Shown: piece by piece, positions 39,458-48,161 of the stretch
Layout of the letters: every line of letters starts with the position of its first letter
Numbering within the stretch: position 1 is the first letter of the stretch
Source: Candidatus Multivoradales bacterium
GTDB taxonomy: Bacteria; Acidobacteriota; Thermoanaerobaculia; Multivoradales; JAHEKO01
Direction: 5' to 3'
NCBI GenBank assembly: GCA_965223855.1
Contig: CBDCXM010000009.1
Location: forward strand, 960,001-1,024,000
DNA: 64,000 nucleotides
Position numbers and translations under genes: made by a program
Notes under the pieces: model-generated
Seen by the model: the letters and a program-made list of their open reading frames with translations, nothing else
Told to the model about the DNA's origin: nothing
Databases searched by the model: none

Positions 39458-39961
39458 TTGTGGACGTTGAGTGAAGAGATGATCTTGACCGGAGAGGTTG
39501 AACCGGTAGAGAGACGAGGTTGGAGTCGTCAGTGTCCGGGTTGTCACGAGACAGTCCGGTTCACCGTACTCAATCTCAATACAGGGGTTGAGCCGTTCTT
39601 GTACTGCGATGGCGGATCCGATCTGCTCCTGCGGGAGGAGGATAGGTTGGCGCTGGCTCAGCTCGGTTCCCCCTCAGAGGCGCCCTCGCTTGAGGTCGTG
39701 CGAGCCTTCTATGAGGATCTCGAAGACAGGCTTCCCTCGTGCCCGCTCGGTGGTCGGTTTGGTGTTTGGGCCAACGCAAGGTGTCGCCATTGCGGGCGAG
39801 GCTTGCTTGGGTCTATTGCGAGAAGAGACGAGCACCTCAGGTTCTTTGAGACGAAGCTAGTTTGGCTGGAGGGAACGACAGTTTTCAGGGGGGCAAGCCT
39901 CCCTAGTAGTCGGTTGGACAAGGTCCGCGTCAGCCTCCGAGGAGAAATGCCGGGTGAGTAG
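39458..39961 (+). CDS. Putative immunity protein for the orphan toxin, Cys-motif containing
   Basis: Overlaps the restored toxin stop; CPGC and CRHC plus two further Cys. Start may be 39467 or 39479. Confidence 0.65.
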   Translation: MWTLSEEMILTGEVEPVERRGWSRQCPGCHETVRFTVLNLNTGVEPFLYCDGGSDLLLREEDRLALAQLGSPSEAPSLEVVRAFYEDLEDRLPSCPLGGRFGVWANARCRHCGRGLLGSIARRDEHLRFFETKLVWLEGTTVFRGASLPSSRLDKVRVSLRGEMPGE

Positions 39962-39966
39962 CGCCC
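39939..39966 (+). repeat. ~28-bp cassette-end repeat (copy M2)
   Basis: GAGGAGAAATGCCGGGTGAGTAGCGCCC; 22/28 to the copy at 40536. Confidence 0.8.
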
Positions 39967-40072
39967 CGGAGGAGGAGGAGAGGTGCCAACAGATCTCTGT
40001 CGACGTGGTTGGGGGCGGCATCACCCAGGTGCGCAAGTTCCGCCTATGTGAGTGGATCAAGAAATAGTGATC

Positions 40073-40558
40073 ATGGGTAACTCGGAGTTGGTCATTCCAG
40101 CATTCAGGGAGTTTCTGGAGGAAGCAGAGAGGGCTTTCAAACTTCTCGCCCAACGATTCGATTTCGAGTCAGAGCGGTCAGTTCATGGTCGAGAAGCATC
40201 CTTCCTGCTCACCAAGAAGCAGCGCCTGAATCTCCGTGTTTTCTTCGAGCCGTTCACGAGTCCGTGGCTGGAAGTGGTCGGAGTCCGTCGACAAGGTCTC
40301 GTTGTTCGGACTACCTTTGAAAGGCTCCTAGGTGAGTCGCAGCGTGCGAGTACGCCACTTAGATTGACCGATCCTGACAACCCGGATCGAGCTGGCTTCA
40401 AAGTTCTCCTGACGGCTTGGGCACAAGTGTTCGCCGATAGCTTTGAAGGGCTTCTCAATGCGGAAGAGGGCGTTGGAGACATGCTAGCGGCCCTCCGCGA
40501 CCGTGGGGGGCAGTTGCCCCTTTCCCTTCCGGAGGGAGGAGAGGTGCCGGGTGAATAG
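40073..40558 (+). CDS. Hypothetical protein, probable orphan immunity gene
   Basis: Lower-GC ORF in the post-toxin array; ends VPGE* inside the repeat; alternative GTG start at 40052. Confidence 0.6.
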   Translation: MGNSELVIPAFREFLEEAERAFKLLAQRFDFESERSVHGREASFLLTKKQRLNLRVFFEPFTSPWLEVVGVRRQGLVVRTTFERLLGESQRASTPLRLTDPDNPDRAGFKVLLTAWAQVFADSFEGLLNAEEGVGDMLAALRDRGGQLPLSLPEGGEVPGE

Positions 40559-40563
40559 TGCAG
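40536..40563 (+). repeat. ~28-bp cassette-end repeat (copy M3)
   Basis: GAGGAGAGGTGCCGGGTGAATAGTGCAG; contains an RBS, a GTG start and a TAG stop. Confidence 0.8.
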
Positions 40564-40871
40564 TAGAAGTTGATATCGACGCTGCGCTAGCTGAAGCACT
40601 CGTCTTCTGGACGGGATGGAAGCGTACTCATAGCCCCTCCAGAGATAAGACCGAGTTTGTCAGCAAGTTTGGGCCGCGAGTTGCCGACGAACTACTACCT
40701 CGTGTGCGGCGCTTGGAAGAGGTGTTCTACAGCTCGGACGCCAGATACAAGGCCGCGAGCTTGACGGAGCTGGCTGAGCGATCGGCAGCGGATTCTCGCG
40801 AGAAGCTACCCGAGACCCCAAGGGAAGTCACAATGGCTTTGGCCTGGTGCTACGCCTTCGATTTCAAGTAG
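40551..40871 (+). CDS. Hypothetical protein, probable orphan immunity gene
   Basis: GTG start inside the repeat with AGGAG upstream; small helical protein ending ALAWCYAFDFK. Confidence 0.6.
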   Translation: MNSAVEVDIDAALAEALVFWTGWKRTHSPSRDKTEFVSKFGPRVADELLPRVRRLEEVFYSSDARYKAASLTELAERSAADSREKLPETPREVTMALAWCYAFDFK

Positions 40872-40896
40872 GGCTTCCGCGACTCGTGCCCCCACC

Positions 40897-40924
40897 GAGA
40901 AGGGGTGCCGGCCGACTAGTGCAA
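40897..40924 (+). repeat. ~28-bp cassette-end repeat (copy M4, intergenic)
   Basis: GAGAAGGGGTGCCGGCCGACTAGTGCAA; 22/28 to M3. Confidence 0.75.
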
Positions 40925-40976
40925 GATTCGCTGCCTCGGTAGCACGCTCCGCCCATTGGCATGCTGAAATAGCGCC

Positions 40977-41726
40977 ATGTCACATTCCGGTGTAATCCTC
41001 GCCAGGCTCGACTTGCGTCCCGTCTTCGCTGTGCTCGCGGTTGTGCTCGTGTCGGCCGTGATCTGGTCCCTGCTCGACAACGACTCCGCGGAGGACTCGA
41101 TCGAGGAGCCAACCGGCGGCCCCGCTGCCGTCGGTGACCCTGAGGCAGAGAAGGAGCGGCTTCGCGCCAGGATCTTCGCACTCGAAGGAGAGCTTCAGGC
41201 GGTGGCGGATCGGTTGACGGCTGCGCGCATCCCTCCCTCCGAGGATGTCTTCGAGACGATCCGGGAGATCGACCGCATCGCTCGGAGTCGAAACGAGGAG
41301 AGGGACTTTCGACGCTTCGGTGGGCTCGAGGACCTCGACCGGGAGCTGTCTCGCCTGCAGGAACACGAGGGGATGCTCGAGGCTGCGCTGATGCGACTCC
41401 GCAAGCGACTGCCGAGGCCCAGGGCCGAGACCGAGGCCGAGCCGACGGCTCTGGTGCGAAGCCGCTCAGTGGTGGCGGGACGACTGAGGCTCTCGATTCG
41501 GGTCTCGAATCCGGCGCCCGTCGTCATCTACCCGACGCTGGAGATCTTCGCTCACAGATGCTCCGAGTCGCTGGAGGCGCTGGGTCCGGAGATCTCTCTG
41601 GGTACGACGACACTGCTGGTCGAGAGCGGGTCGGGCCGGTCACAGGACCTCGAGTTCGATGACCCTGCGCCGGCAGAGGACGAGGTGCCCTGTCGGTTCC
41701 GAATCGAGATCCTGAGTCAGGACTGA
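40977..41726 (+). CDS. Membrane-anchored coiled-coil protein with a beta-rich C-domain
   Basis: N-terminal TM helix, heptad-rich middle, beta-rich C-terminus. Confidence 0.6.
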   Translation: MSHSGVILARLDLRPVFAVLAVVLVSAVIWSLLDNDSAEDSIEEPTGGPAAVGDPEAEKERLRARIFALEGELQAVADRLTAARIPPSEDVFETIREIDRIARSRNEERDFRRFGGLEDLDRELSRLQEHEGMLEAALMRLRKRLPRPRAETEAEPTALVRSRSVVAGRLRLSIRVSNPAPVVIYPTLEIFAHRCSESLEALGPEISLGTTTLLVESGSGRSQDLEFDDPAPAEDEVPCRFRIEILSQD

Positions 41727-41769
41727 GGGGTGAGTAGAGCATTGTCGAAGAGGTACCGTAGGCCTCGTC

Positions 41770-41967
41770 ATGCCAGTCGATCGCGAAGACTCGCGGAACT
41801 GGACGTTCCATGCCGAAGAGGTCTCCGTGGGCGCCTACCTGGTTACGGCCAACAATCTCGATGGGCACCAAGTCGAGGTGACGGGGACCGACCTGGACGA
41901 AGTGGTCTCCAGGTGCAAGGAGGCTGCGCGAGATATGGATGAGGCATCTCGCGAGCATCGGTCGTGA
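41770..41967 (+). CDS. Small acidic hypothetical protein (65 aa)
   Basis: WTFHAEEVSVGAYLV..GHQVEVTGTD reads like a compact beta-alpha fold; GTGA overlap with the next gene. Confidence 0.5.
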   Translation: MPVDREDSRNWTFHAEEVSVGAYLVTANNLDGHQVEVTGTDLDEVVSRCKEAARDMDEASREHRS

Positions 41968-42392
41968 GCAAGGATCCTCGTCCGGCGCTGTTGTTCCTCC
42001 TTGCAGTCGTCGCGGTCGGGCTCGGTTGGATAGCCCTGAGGTCGAGCGACGACCTCCAGGAGGCCGATGCCGAGACCGAGGCTCTGGAGCTTCGCAAGCA
42101 AGCCACCCGCGACGAAATCGCGGAGCTGGAGCGCGAGTTGCAGCTCCTGGCCGATGACCTCGATCTGGGGGACGGCATCAAGCCCGGCGAGATCGATCTG
42201 AGGATTCTGGAAGTCGCTCGGGCGGCGACCCGTCGGGCGAGCAGTTGGGATCCGGCCAAGCACTCGGGCGACGGTGTGATCGACGTCGAGCTGCTCGCCC
42301 TGCTCGAGCAGAGGAGGATGCTGGAAGAGGCCAGGGAGCGGTTGGGGCGAAAGGCAGAGGTCCCCGAAGGGAAGCCTGGGATGCCCGAGTAG
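41964..42392 (+). CDS. Membrane-anchored coiled-coil protein, likely paralog of the 40977 N-half
   Basis: D.RP..LAVV TM start resembles 40977; coiled coil; ends MPE*. Confidence 0.55.
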   Translation: MSKDPRPALLFLLAVVAVGLGWIALRSSDDLQEADAETEALELRKQATRDEIAELERELQLLADDLDLGDGIKPGEIDLRILEVARAATRRASSWDPAKHSGDGVIDVELLALLEQRRMLEEARERLGRKAEVPEGKPGMPE

Positions 42393-42698
42393 CACGGCCT
42401 GGAGCTTCTCCGCGGCTTCGCAGCGCTACGAATTGCCAGTTTGCGGCGGAACGCGCTCTCGACGTACCTTCCGGCGAGGCCGATTCGGCAGGGCCTGCGC
42501 TTTACGAGGGCAGGCGGCTGCAAGATCGGCGAGTCGAGTTCCGTCTGAAGTTGCGAGACGGCGTTACCATCGCCGCAAGCAACTCAGTCCGACTTCCGAT
42601 CCGCCCCGGTGCACCCGGCAGAGCCGAGTGCGCAACGAGCCCGCTGAAATATGCTGGAATAGCGCTATGTCACAGTTCGCTGTCGAGGTTCCCCGCTC

Positions 42699-45600
42699 TT
42701 GAACGGGCGTGATCGAGCACCGGCCGGCCCTGCCGTTCGTTGTCTGCTGGCGGTTGCGGTCGCGGTGCAGCTCGGGGGCGCGCCACTCGTCTACCCCGAG
42801 TCGGCCGCCCCGGAATCGGCCGACTCAGGGAAGGCCGCCTCGGAGATCAAGCCCTTCTCGGCAGCGGAACGACGCGCGGTCGAGCTGGCGGCGCTCTACC
42901 TGGAGGGCGGCGCGGAAGCACTGGCGGGAGAGTTCGCCGAAGGCAGCTCCTGGAGCGCGCTTTCGGAGGCCGGTCGCCGGCTCGAGATCGAGACGCGGCT
43001 CGGCCCCGTGGCGGCTGCACATTGGACTCTGCTGACGCCTTCGGGAGCGATCGGCGAGCACCTCGCCGGCTTCGAGGTGGCCTTTCCTTCCGGCGCCGAA
43101 GACGTCGTCGAGTTCGCCCTGCTCGAAGAACGGGGCGTCTGGAAGCTCGACCGGATCGTCTCGAGTGTCGAAGCGCGGCCGGAGCCGATCTCTTTCGAGG
43201 AGCTGTTTGCCGGCGCTGCGGCGGAGGACTCCGACGCGATGTGGCCGGCGCCGTCAGCCGATCGCGGCCCGCCCTGGTGGCTGGCCCTGCTGATCCTCGC
43301 ATGCGCTCTGTGGACTGCCGGGAACGGAAGGAGAGCCCTGCGCCCGGCGGTTGGGCTCCTCTCGGGGGCGCTGCTCGCCCTGATTGCCCCAGCCTGCAAG
43401 GAGGCGCCGGAGGAAGTCGACGCCGCTCCCGAGCTCGAGCTACTCGCCGCCGCGCGCGACGCTCGATGGACGACCGCGGGAGCCGCCGTGGCAACCATCG
43501 CCAAGCCACCACCGGCGAGTGCTGCCGAGCGCGCCGACCGGATTTGGCAGGCGGAGCGGGCGCTGGCGCGCAGCGACTTCGAGACGGTGGAGCAGTTGCT
43601 GTCTCTCTTCCCGGAGCCGAGCGTGGTGCCGAAGGTCGAGGAGCTGCGCGGCGAGCTCGCCCTCCTGGAGCGCGATGCCGACTCCGCCATCGCAGCCTTC
43701 GAGCGGCGGCGTGATCTCGGGCTCGCCTACGACAGCGTCACCTACGACCTGGCCATCGCCAAGGCGGGCCTGGGCCAGCCGGAGGCGGCCACCGCGACGA
43801 TTCAGCTCATGGCAGAGGTCGGGTCGCGGTTCGCCTGGCCGCACTACGCGGTCGCCAAGCTGGCGCTGGCCGATGAGGACGAGGAGGGGGCGCTGGCAGC
43901 CTTCGAGCGCGCCTGGCAGCTCGGGCCGATGAGCTGGCAAGAGACCTTCCAGGACCCGACCCTCACGGCCATCGTCGGGCGGCCCGAGCTCTTCGACACC
44001 CTGCGCCTCGACCGCAGCAGCGAGCCCGTCGTCCTCGCTCCGGAGGCGGGCGCGAGCGCCGTGCCGCTCCCCGAGTCGGGTGACTACCGGACGTACGGCA
44101 GCTACCTCGTGGCGCGGCTCGGCGGGGCGGCCCTTCATGTGCCGAACGGCGCGGAACTGGGGCCGGACGACGCGCTGCCCCAGCCTGCGGGATCGCTGGA
44201 GACTCAGGTTCAGGAGGAGGCGCTCGAACGGGTGACGGCCGGGCTCGAGGAGGGCCGCCCGTTCTCGGAGATGGAGCACCTGGTCGAGCTCGCCGCCAGC
44301 GGCCTCTACCGCGACGGGAAGTGGGACGAGGTCGTCGACCTGACCGGTCGGCTCGACGTCGGCCTCGAGCGTGGCTCGCCGATCCTGGTGTGGCTGCGGG
44401 CGTTCTCGATGGCGAAGATCGGTGACGACGAAGCGGCGCGGGCGATGCTGCTCGAGGTCGCACAGCGCGATGTCGGCACCGGTCACCTGAGCCCGATCCA
44501 CCTGTCACAGCTCGCGGAGCTCCTTGCCGAGCGCGACGCCTACGACCAGGCGGTCCGAGTGCTGGCGAAGGCGAATGCGATGTACCCGTCGCCGACACTC
44601 GAGACGCGGATCCGGCAGCTGCGCCTCGAAGGCCGATTGCAGAGTTCCTACCGGACGCTCCGCACGAAGCACTTCGAGCTGCGCTATCCGGAGGGCACCG
44701 ATCCGAGCCATTCGGAGGCGCTGGGGAAGGTGCTCGAGGCCGAGCGGGTGCGGATCCGTCGATGGGTGCCGGCCGAGGCGGCGGGTCGGGTCGGGGTCGA
44801 TCTCTTCCCTCTCGGCTCGTTCCTCTCGACCTTCGGCGAAGGGGGCGTGATCGGTCTCTTCGACGGCCGGGTGCGGGTGCCGCTGGCAGACCTCTACAGC
44901 CTGCACCCGAGCCTCGTCGCCATCCTGTCGCACGAGCTGGCACACGCGCTGATCGACCGGCGCTCTGCCGGCAGGGCGCCGAAGTGGTTCCACGAGGGGG
45001 TGGCGATGCACGTCCAGATGGTCGATCAACCGACCAATCCGCTGCCGGAGCTCGCGGGCAAGAACCGGATCTTCTCGCTCAAGGCGCTCGAGGCGGTGCT
45101 CGCCGGGATGAGCGACCCGAGCTTCAATCAGGCCGCCTACACCCAGGCGGCGTGGCTGGCGCACTTCATCGAGGCGCGCTTCGGCCGGCGCACGCTCGAC
45201 GAGCTGATGCTCGCCTTCTCACGCGGGCTCGACACCGAGGGCGCCATCGGTGCGGTCACCGGACTGGAGGTGGCGCAGTTCGAGCAGCAGTTCCGAGACT
45301 GGGGGGTGACTCGTGCCCCGCTGACCTGGGACACCGAGGTGCGGCGCTACGACCGCGAGCAGGAACGGGAGCGTAGGCTCGAGGCGTTCGAGCGCGACAA
45401 GCTCATCCAACCCTCGACCCGCTCACGCCGCCAACCTGAGCGGGAGCGACGCCGGGTCACCGTAGACGAGGATTTGCGGCGGCGGATGCACGCCTGGCAC
45501 GCCGGGTACGCGGAGACGGTGCGCGACGTCAAGCTGCGGCTCAAGCCGGTCCTCGAGATGCTCGACGGACGGCGCAACTCCGGGAACCTCGGTACGTCGT

Positions 45601-45830
45601 GTCGTGCGCTCGAGACCTCGCTTCGCCACGCGATGAGTCGCGACCACTTCACCTCCTCTCCGGACCCGCAGGTGAACTCGGCGCTGCGCACTTCGTTCTC
45701 GACCTTCCTCAAGGCGAGCCAGGCGTGCCAGCGCGGCGCTCTGCAGTCGACCCGTCAACGTATCGCCGAGGCAGACCGCAGCCTGGCGAAAGCGGCGGCG
45801 AGACTCGGGATCTACGGCCTCGCGCCGTAG
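42699..45830 (+). CDS. TPR-containing membrane protein with an HExxH (peptidase MA-like) domain
   Basis: SHELAH...PKWFHEGVA gluzincin motif; TPR-like helices; internal TM pair. Start uncertain. Confidence 0.75.
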   Translation: MNGRDRAPAGPAVRCLLAVAVAVQLGGAPLVYPESAAPESADSGKAASEIKPFSAAERRAVELAALYLEGGAEALAGEFAEGSSWSALSEAGRRLEIETRLGPVAAAHWTLLTPSGAIGEHLAGFEVAFPSGAEDVVEFALLEERGVWKLDRIVSSVEARPEPISFEELFAGAAAEDSDAMWPAPSADRGPPWWLALLILACALWTAGNGRRALRPAVGLLSGALLALIAPACKEAPEEVDAAPELELLAAARDARWTTAGAAVATIAKPPPASAAERADRIWQAERALARSDFETVEQLLSLFPEPSVVPKVEELRGELALLERDADSAIAAFERRRDLGLAYDSVTYDLAIAKAGLGQPEAATATIQLMAEVGSRFAWPHYAVAKLALADEDEEGALAAFERAWQLGPMSWQETFQDPTLTAIVGRPELFDTLRLDRSSEPVVLAPEAGASAVPLPESGDYRTYGSYLVARLGGAALHVPNGAELGPDDALPQPAGSLETQVQEEALERVTAGLEEGRPFSEMEHLVELAASGLYRDGKWDEVVDLTGRLDVGLERGSPILVWLRAFSMAKIGDDEAARAMLLEVAQRDVGTGHLSPIHLSQLAELLAERDAYDQAVRVLAKANAMYPSPTLETRIRQLRLEGRLQSSYRTLRTKHFELRYPEGTDPSHSEALGKVLEAERVRIRRWVPAEAAGRVGVDLFPLGSFLSTFGEGGVIGLFDGRVRVPLADLYSLHPSLVAILSHELAHALIDRRSAGRAPKWFHEGVAMHVQMVDQPTNPLPELAGKNRIFSLKALEAVLAGMSDPSFNQAAYTQAAWLAHFIEARFGRRTLDELMLAFSRGLDTEGAIGAVTGLEVAQFEQQFRDWGVTRAPLTWDTEVRRYDREQERERRLEAFERDKLIQPSTRSRRQPERERRRVTVDEDLRRRMHAWHAGYAETVRDVKLRLKPVLEMLDGRRNSGNLGTSCRALETSLRHAMSRDHFTSSPDPQVNSALRTSFSTFLKASQACQRGALQSTRQRIAEADRSLAKAAARLGIYGLAP

Positions 45831-45891
45831 AGTGGGTGATCTTGTCAGCGACGAATTGTTGACTCCCAAGCTCCTCCACCAGGCAAGAAGT

Positions 45892-48060
45892 ATGGAAACC
45901 ATGTCCTATCTCCCTCTGGCGATCCTCGGCCTCTGGCTGCTCCTCTCCGTCTACTACCTTCAGGCCTCTCGGAAGCCGGAGACCAATGGCAAGGCCGCGC
46001 TCGGCCTGGGTGGGTTCTTTGCCGCTCTGGGTGTCTTCGCTGTAGCCGATGCTCTGAGCGACCTGCCGAGTCGGGTCGCTCGGGGTCTCGGGGTGGCAGT
46101 TTCGGGCATCGGATGCGTCGGGCTGCTGGTGGCGTTGGCTCTCGCCGTCTGGGGCCTGGTGGAGATCAGGAGGGCGCCAGACCGCTGGAGTCGAGGTCGG
46201 GGAATGGCATGGTGGGCGGTGGCACTCTCGGCCGTTCTGGGCCTTGTCCTCGCCAGCGTGGCCCTGCAGAGCATCTCGTCGAGTCTGAAGCTCCGAGAAG
46301 CCGCCACCGAAGGTACTCCTGCGGGGCCGGTCGTCGTCGAGAGTCTCAATTTCTCGGTGACGGTCGATCGGCCGTGGCAGCAGCTCAGCAGGGCCGCGGA
46401 CGTGTCCGAAGATGCTGCGGTCGCCTTCCTCCGTGCCGATCCGGCGCAGTATTTCATGGTGATCGCAGAGGCGTACGAGGCCCCCCTGACCCTCTATGCG
46501 GACGTGGTTCTAGCCAACGCGGCGGCAGTTGCCGATTCAGTGGAGGAGATCTCCAGATCCAGTCTCGAGCTGAGCGGCCTGGAAGGGCTCGGACTCGAAG
46601 CGACGGTCGTCATGGAGGGTAGGAGTTTCGACTTCCTTTACGGGCTGGTCGTTCACAACGGTTTCGCCTACCAGTTGATCTCGTGGAGCGACTCGACTCC
46701 CAATCGCGAACCGCTGAGCGCGCGGGCGATGGAGGTCTTTGCCAGTTTCGAGATCCTGGATCCGGACCGTCAGGCGGAGCTTCCGGAGGTCGAGCCGTAC
46801 CGATCTCCCTACGGCTTCTCTGTCGAGGCGCTCGAGGGTTGGTCGGATTGGTCGTCGCTCGGAGACGAGATCCCAGCGGCCGATTTCGGAGCGTTGTCTT
46901 CGAGGGGGGAGGCTCTTGTCGTTTTGCCTTTGCTGCTCCCTGACAGTCGCGTTACCGACAGGGATCTGCTCAGGGCTCTCCTCGGAGAACTCAACGTGGA
47001 CCTGGAGTCGGTGAATGTCGCTTCCCAGCAGGTCAGCAGCGACAGCGTGACCAGCGGCTTCGACCTGCAGTTCCGGGACGAGGTGGACGGGACCGCCTTC
47101 CAGAATGTGGCCCGTCTTCGGCGAACTTCGCGAATGGCCTACCTGTCGGCAGCGTGGCACGAAGAAGCGTTGGACCCCGACCTTGACCGGCTCACCGGGT
47201 TGCTGGATTTCGTCCGACTCGAGGGCGAGATCTCCTACCGTGCGGCGTCGGAGATCTCTGATGAAGCGGAGAGAGCGGGCCACGCGCGCATCTACCGGGC
47301 ATTGGCCGGACTACTTGAGTCCAGAGGCCTCGATGATGAGGCCGGAACTCTCTTCCGGGAGGCTTTCGAGCTGGATCCAGAGAAGGTCGATAGCATCGTC
47401 GCCTATCTTTCCTTCCTCGACAGACAGGGAGATTCCGAGGTCGGGCTGCGATTCTTCGAGGAGGTCCTATCGGACTTCGATAGTCCCGAGCTGGTGCAGT
47501 CCTTCTACCCGTACTTCCTGGCCCGCGAAGGTCGACTCGAAGAGGCCGCCGGGAGCTACTCCGATCTCTTCGCCGACGGCTGGCGAAGCGACAGCGACTT
47601 TGAGCTCTACCTCGATCTCCTCTGGCAGATGGGCAGGACCGGCGAGGCGGTTGCGCGCGCCTCTAGTTATCACGAGGCCGGAGGCAACGCGCTCTCGAAG
47701 GTGCTTCTGGCCTCGGCGCTGAGACAGGCCGGCGACGTCGAGGAGGCACTGGAGCTCCTCGCCGGCGACTCACCTGAGGCGCTCCCGCTGAATCCTCGCC
47801 ACGCCAGGGAGCTGATCCACTGTCACTACGACGCGGGCCATCACGACCTGGTGTTGGCGCTGACGGAGCAGAGTGCCTTCAACAATGGCCCCGATGCCCC
47901 TACCCTGGTCCTCCAGGGGAAAAGCGAGGCCGCTCTCCAGCGCTTCGACGAAGCGATCCGATCGTTCGAGCAGGCGCTCGAGCTCGATCCCTTCCACGGA
48001 GGGGCAGCCGAGGAGCTCGGTGCCGTCCGCTCCATTCTCGCCGCCGGTCGGGAATTGTAG
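45892..48060 (+). CDS. Multi-TM membrane protein with extracytoplasmic domains and C-terminal TPRs
   Basis: Four N-terminal TM segments (GRGMAWWAV.L); FREAFELDP and FEQALELDP TPR ends. Confidence 0.7.
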   Translation: METMSYLPLAILGLWLLLSVYYLQASRKPETNGKAALGLGGFFAALGVFAVADALSDLPSRVARGLGVAVSGIGCVGLLVALALAVWGLVEIRRAPDRWSRGRGMAWWAVALSAVLGLVLASVALQSISSSLKLREAATEGTPAGPVVVESLNFSVTVDRPWQQLSRAADVSEDAAVAFLRADPAQYFMVIAEAYEAPLTLYADVVLANAAAVADSVEEISRSSLELSGLEGLGLEATVVMEGRSFDFLYGLVVHNGFAYQLISWSDSTPNREPLSARAMEVFASFEILDPDRQAELPEVEPYRSPYGFSVEALEGWSDWSSLGDEIPAADFGALSSRGEALVVLPLLLPDSRVTDRDLLRALLGELNVDLESVNVASQQVSSDSVTSGFDLQFRDEVDGTAFQNVARLRRTSRMAYLSAAWHEEALDPDLDRLTGLLDFVRLEGEISYRAASEISDEAERAGHARIYRALAGLLESRGLDDEAGTLFREAFELDPEKVDSIVAYLSFLDRQGDSEVGLRFFEEVLSDFDSPELVQSFYPYFLAREGRLEEAAGSYSDLFADGWRSDSDFELYLDLLWQMGRTGEAVARASSYHEAGGNALSKVLLASALRQAGDVEEALELLAGDSPEALPLNPRHARELIHCHYDAGHHDLVLALTEQSAFNNGPDAPTLVLQGKSEAALQRFDEAIRSFEQALELDPFHGGAAEELGAVRSILAAGREL

Positions 48061-48161
48061 GACCCACCTCGAGCGACGGCTCTGACTCGGATCCGGCAGA
48101 ATGCAACCTTCCTGCTCGTTCGCTCGTTCGTAGGGCAGACGCACCAACCAGGAGGTCCCCG

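Larger units (their letters stand above)
37143..39474 (+). pseudogene. Orphan Rhs core plus toxin tip, lacking the N-terminus and interrupted by IS481
   Basis: Core repeat with NPIRNVDPSG. Removing 38236-39287 restores the frame ...LGLPTGRLAGGAVLSVVDD...PGGGPEINVAP...VDVE*. Confidence 0.9.
40961..42674 (+). repeat. Segment bounded by 24-bp direct repeats (40961-40984 and 42651-42674)
   Basis: ATGCTGAAATAGCGCCATGTCACA versus ATGCTGGAATAGCGCTATGTCACA (22/24). Confidence 0.85.

Noticed and set aside
38413-39474. 353-aa ORF overlapping the IS481 transposase
   Set aside because: Alternate frame of the IS running into the severed 3' end of the orphan toxin; not an independent gene.
39939-40924. 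28-bp repeats as a CRISPR array
   Set aside because: Spacing is 360-600 bp and contains genes, the repeats are degenerate, and no cas genes are present.
35888-42700. Classical integron
   Set aside because: No tyrosine-recombinase integrase in the window, and the repeats lack the RYYYAAC...GTTRRRY attC palindromic structure.
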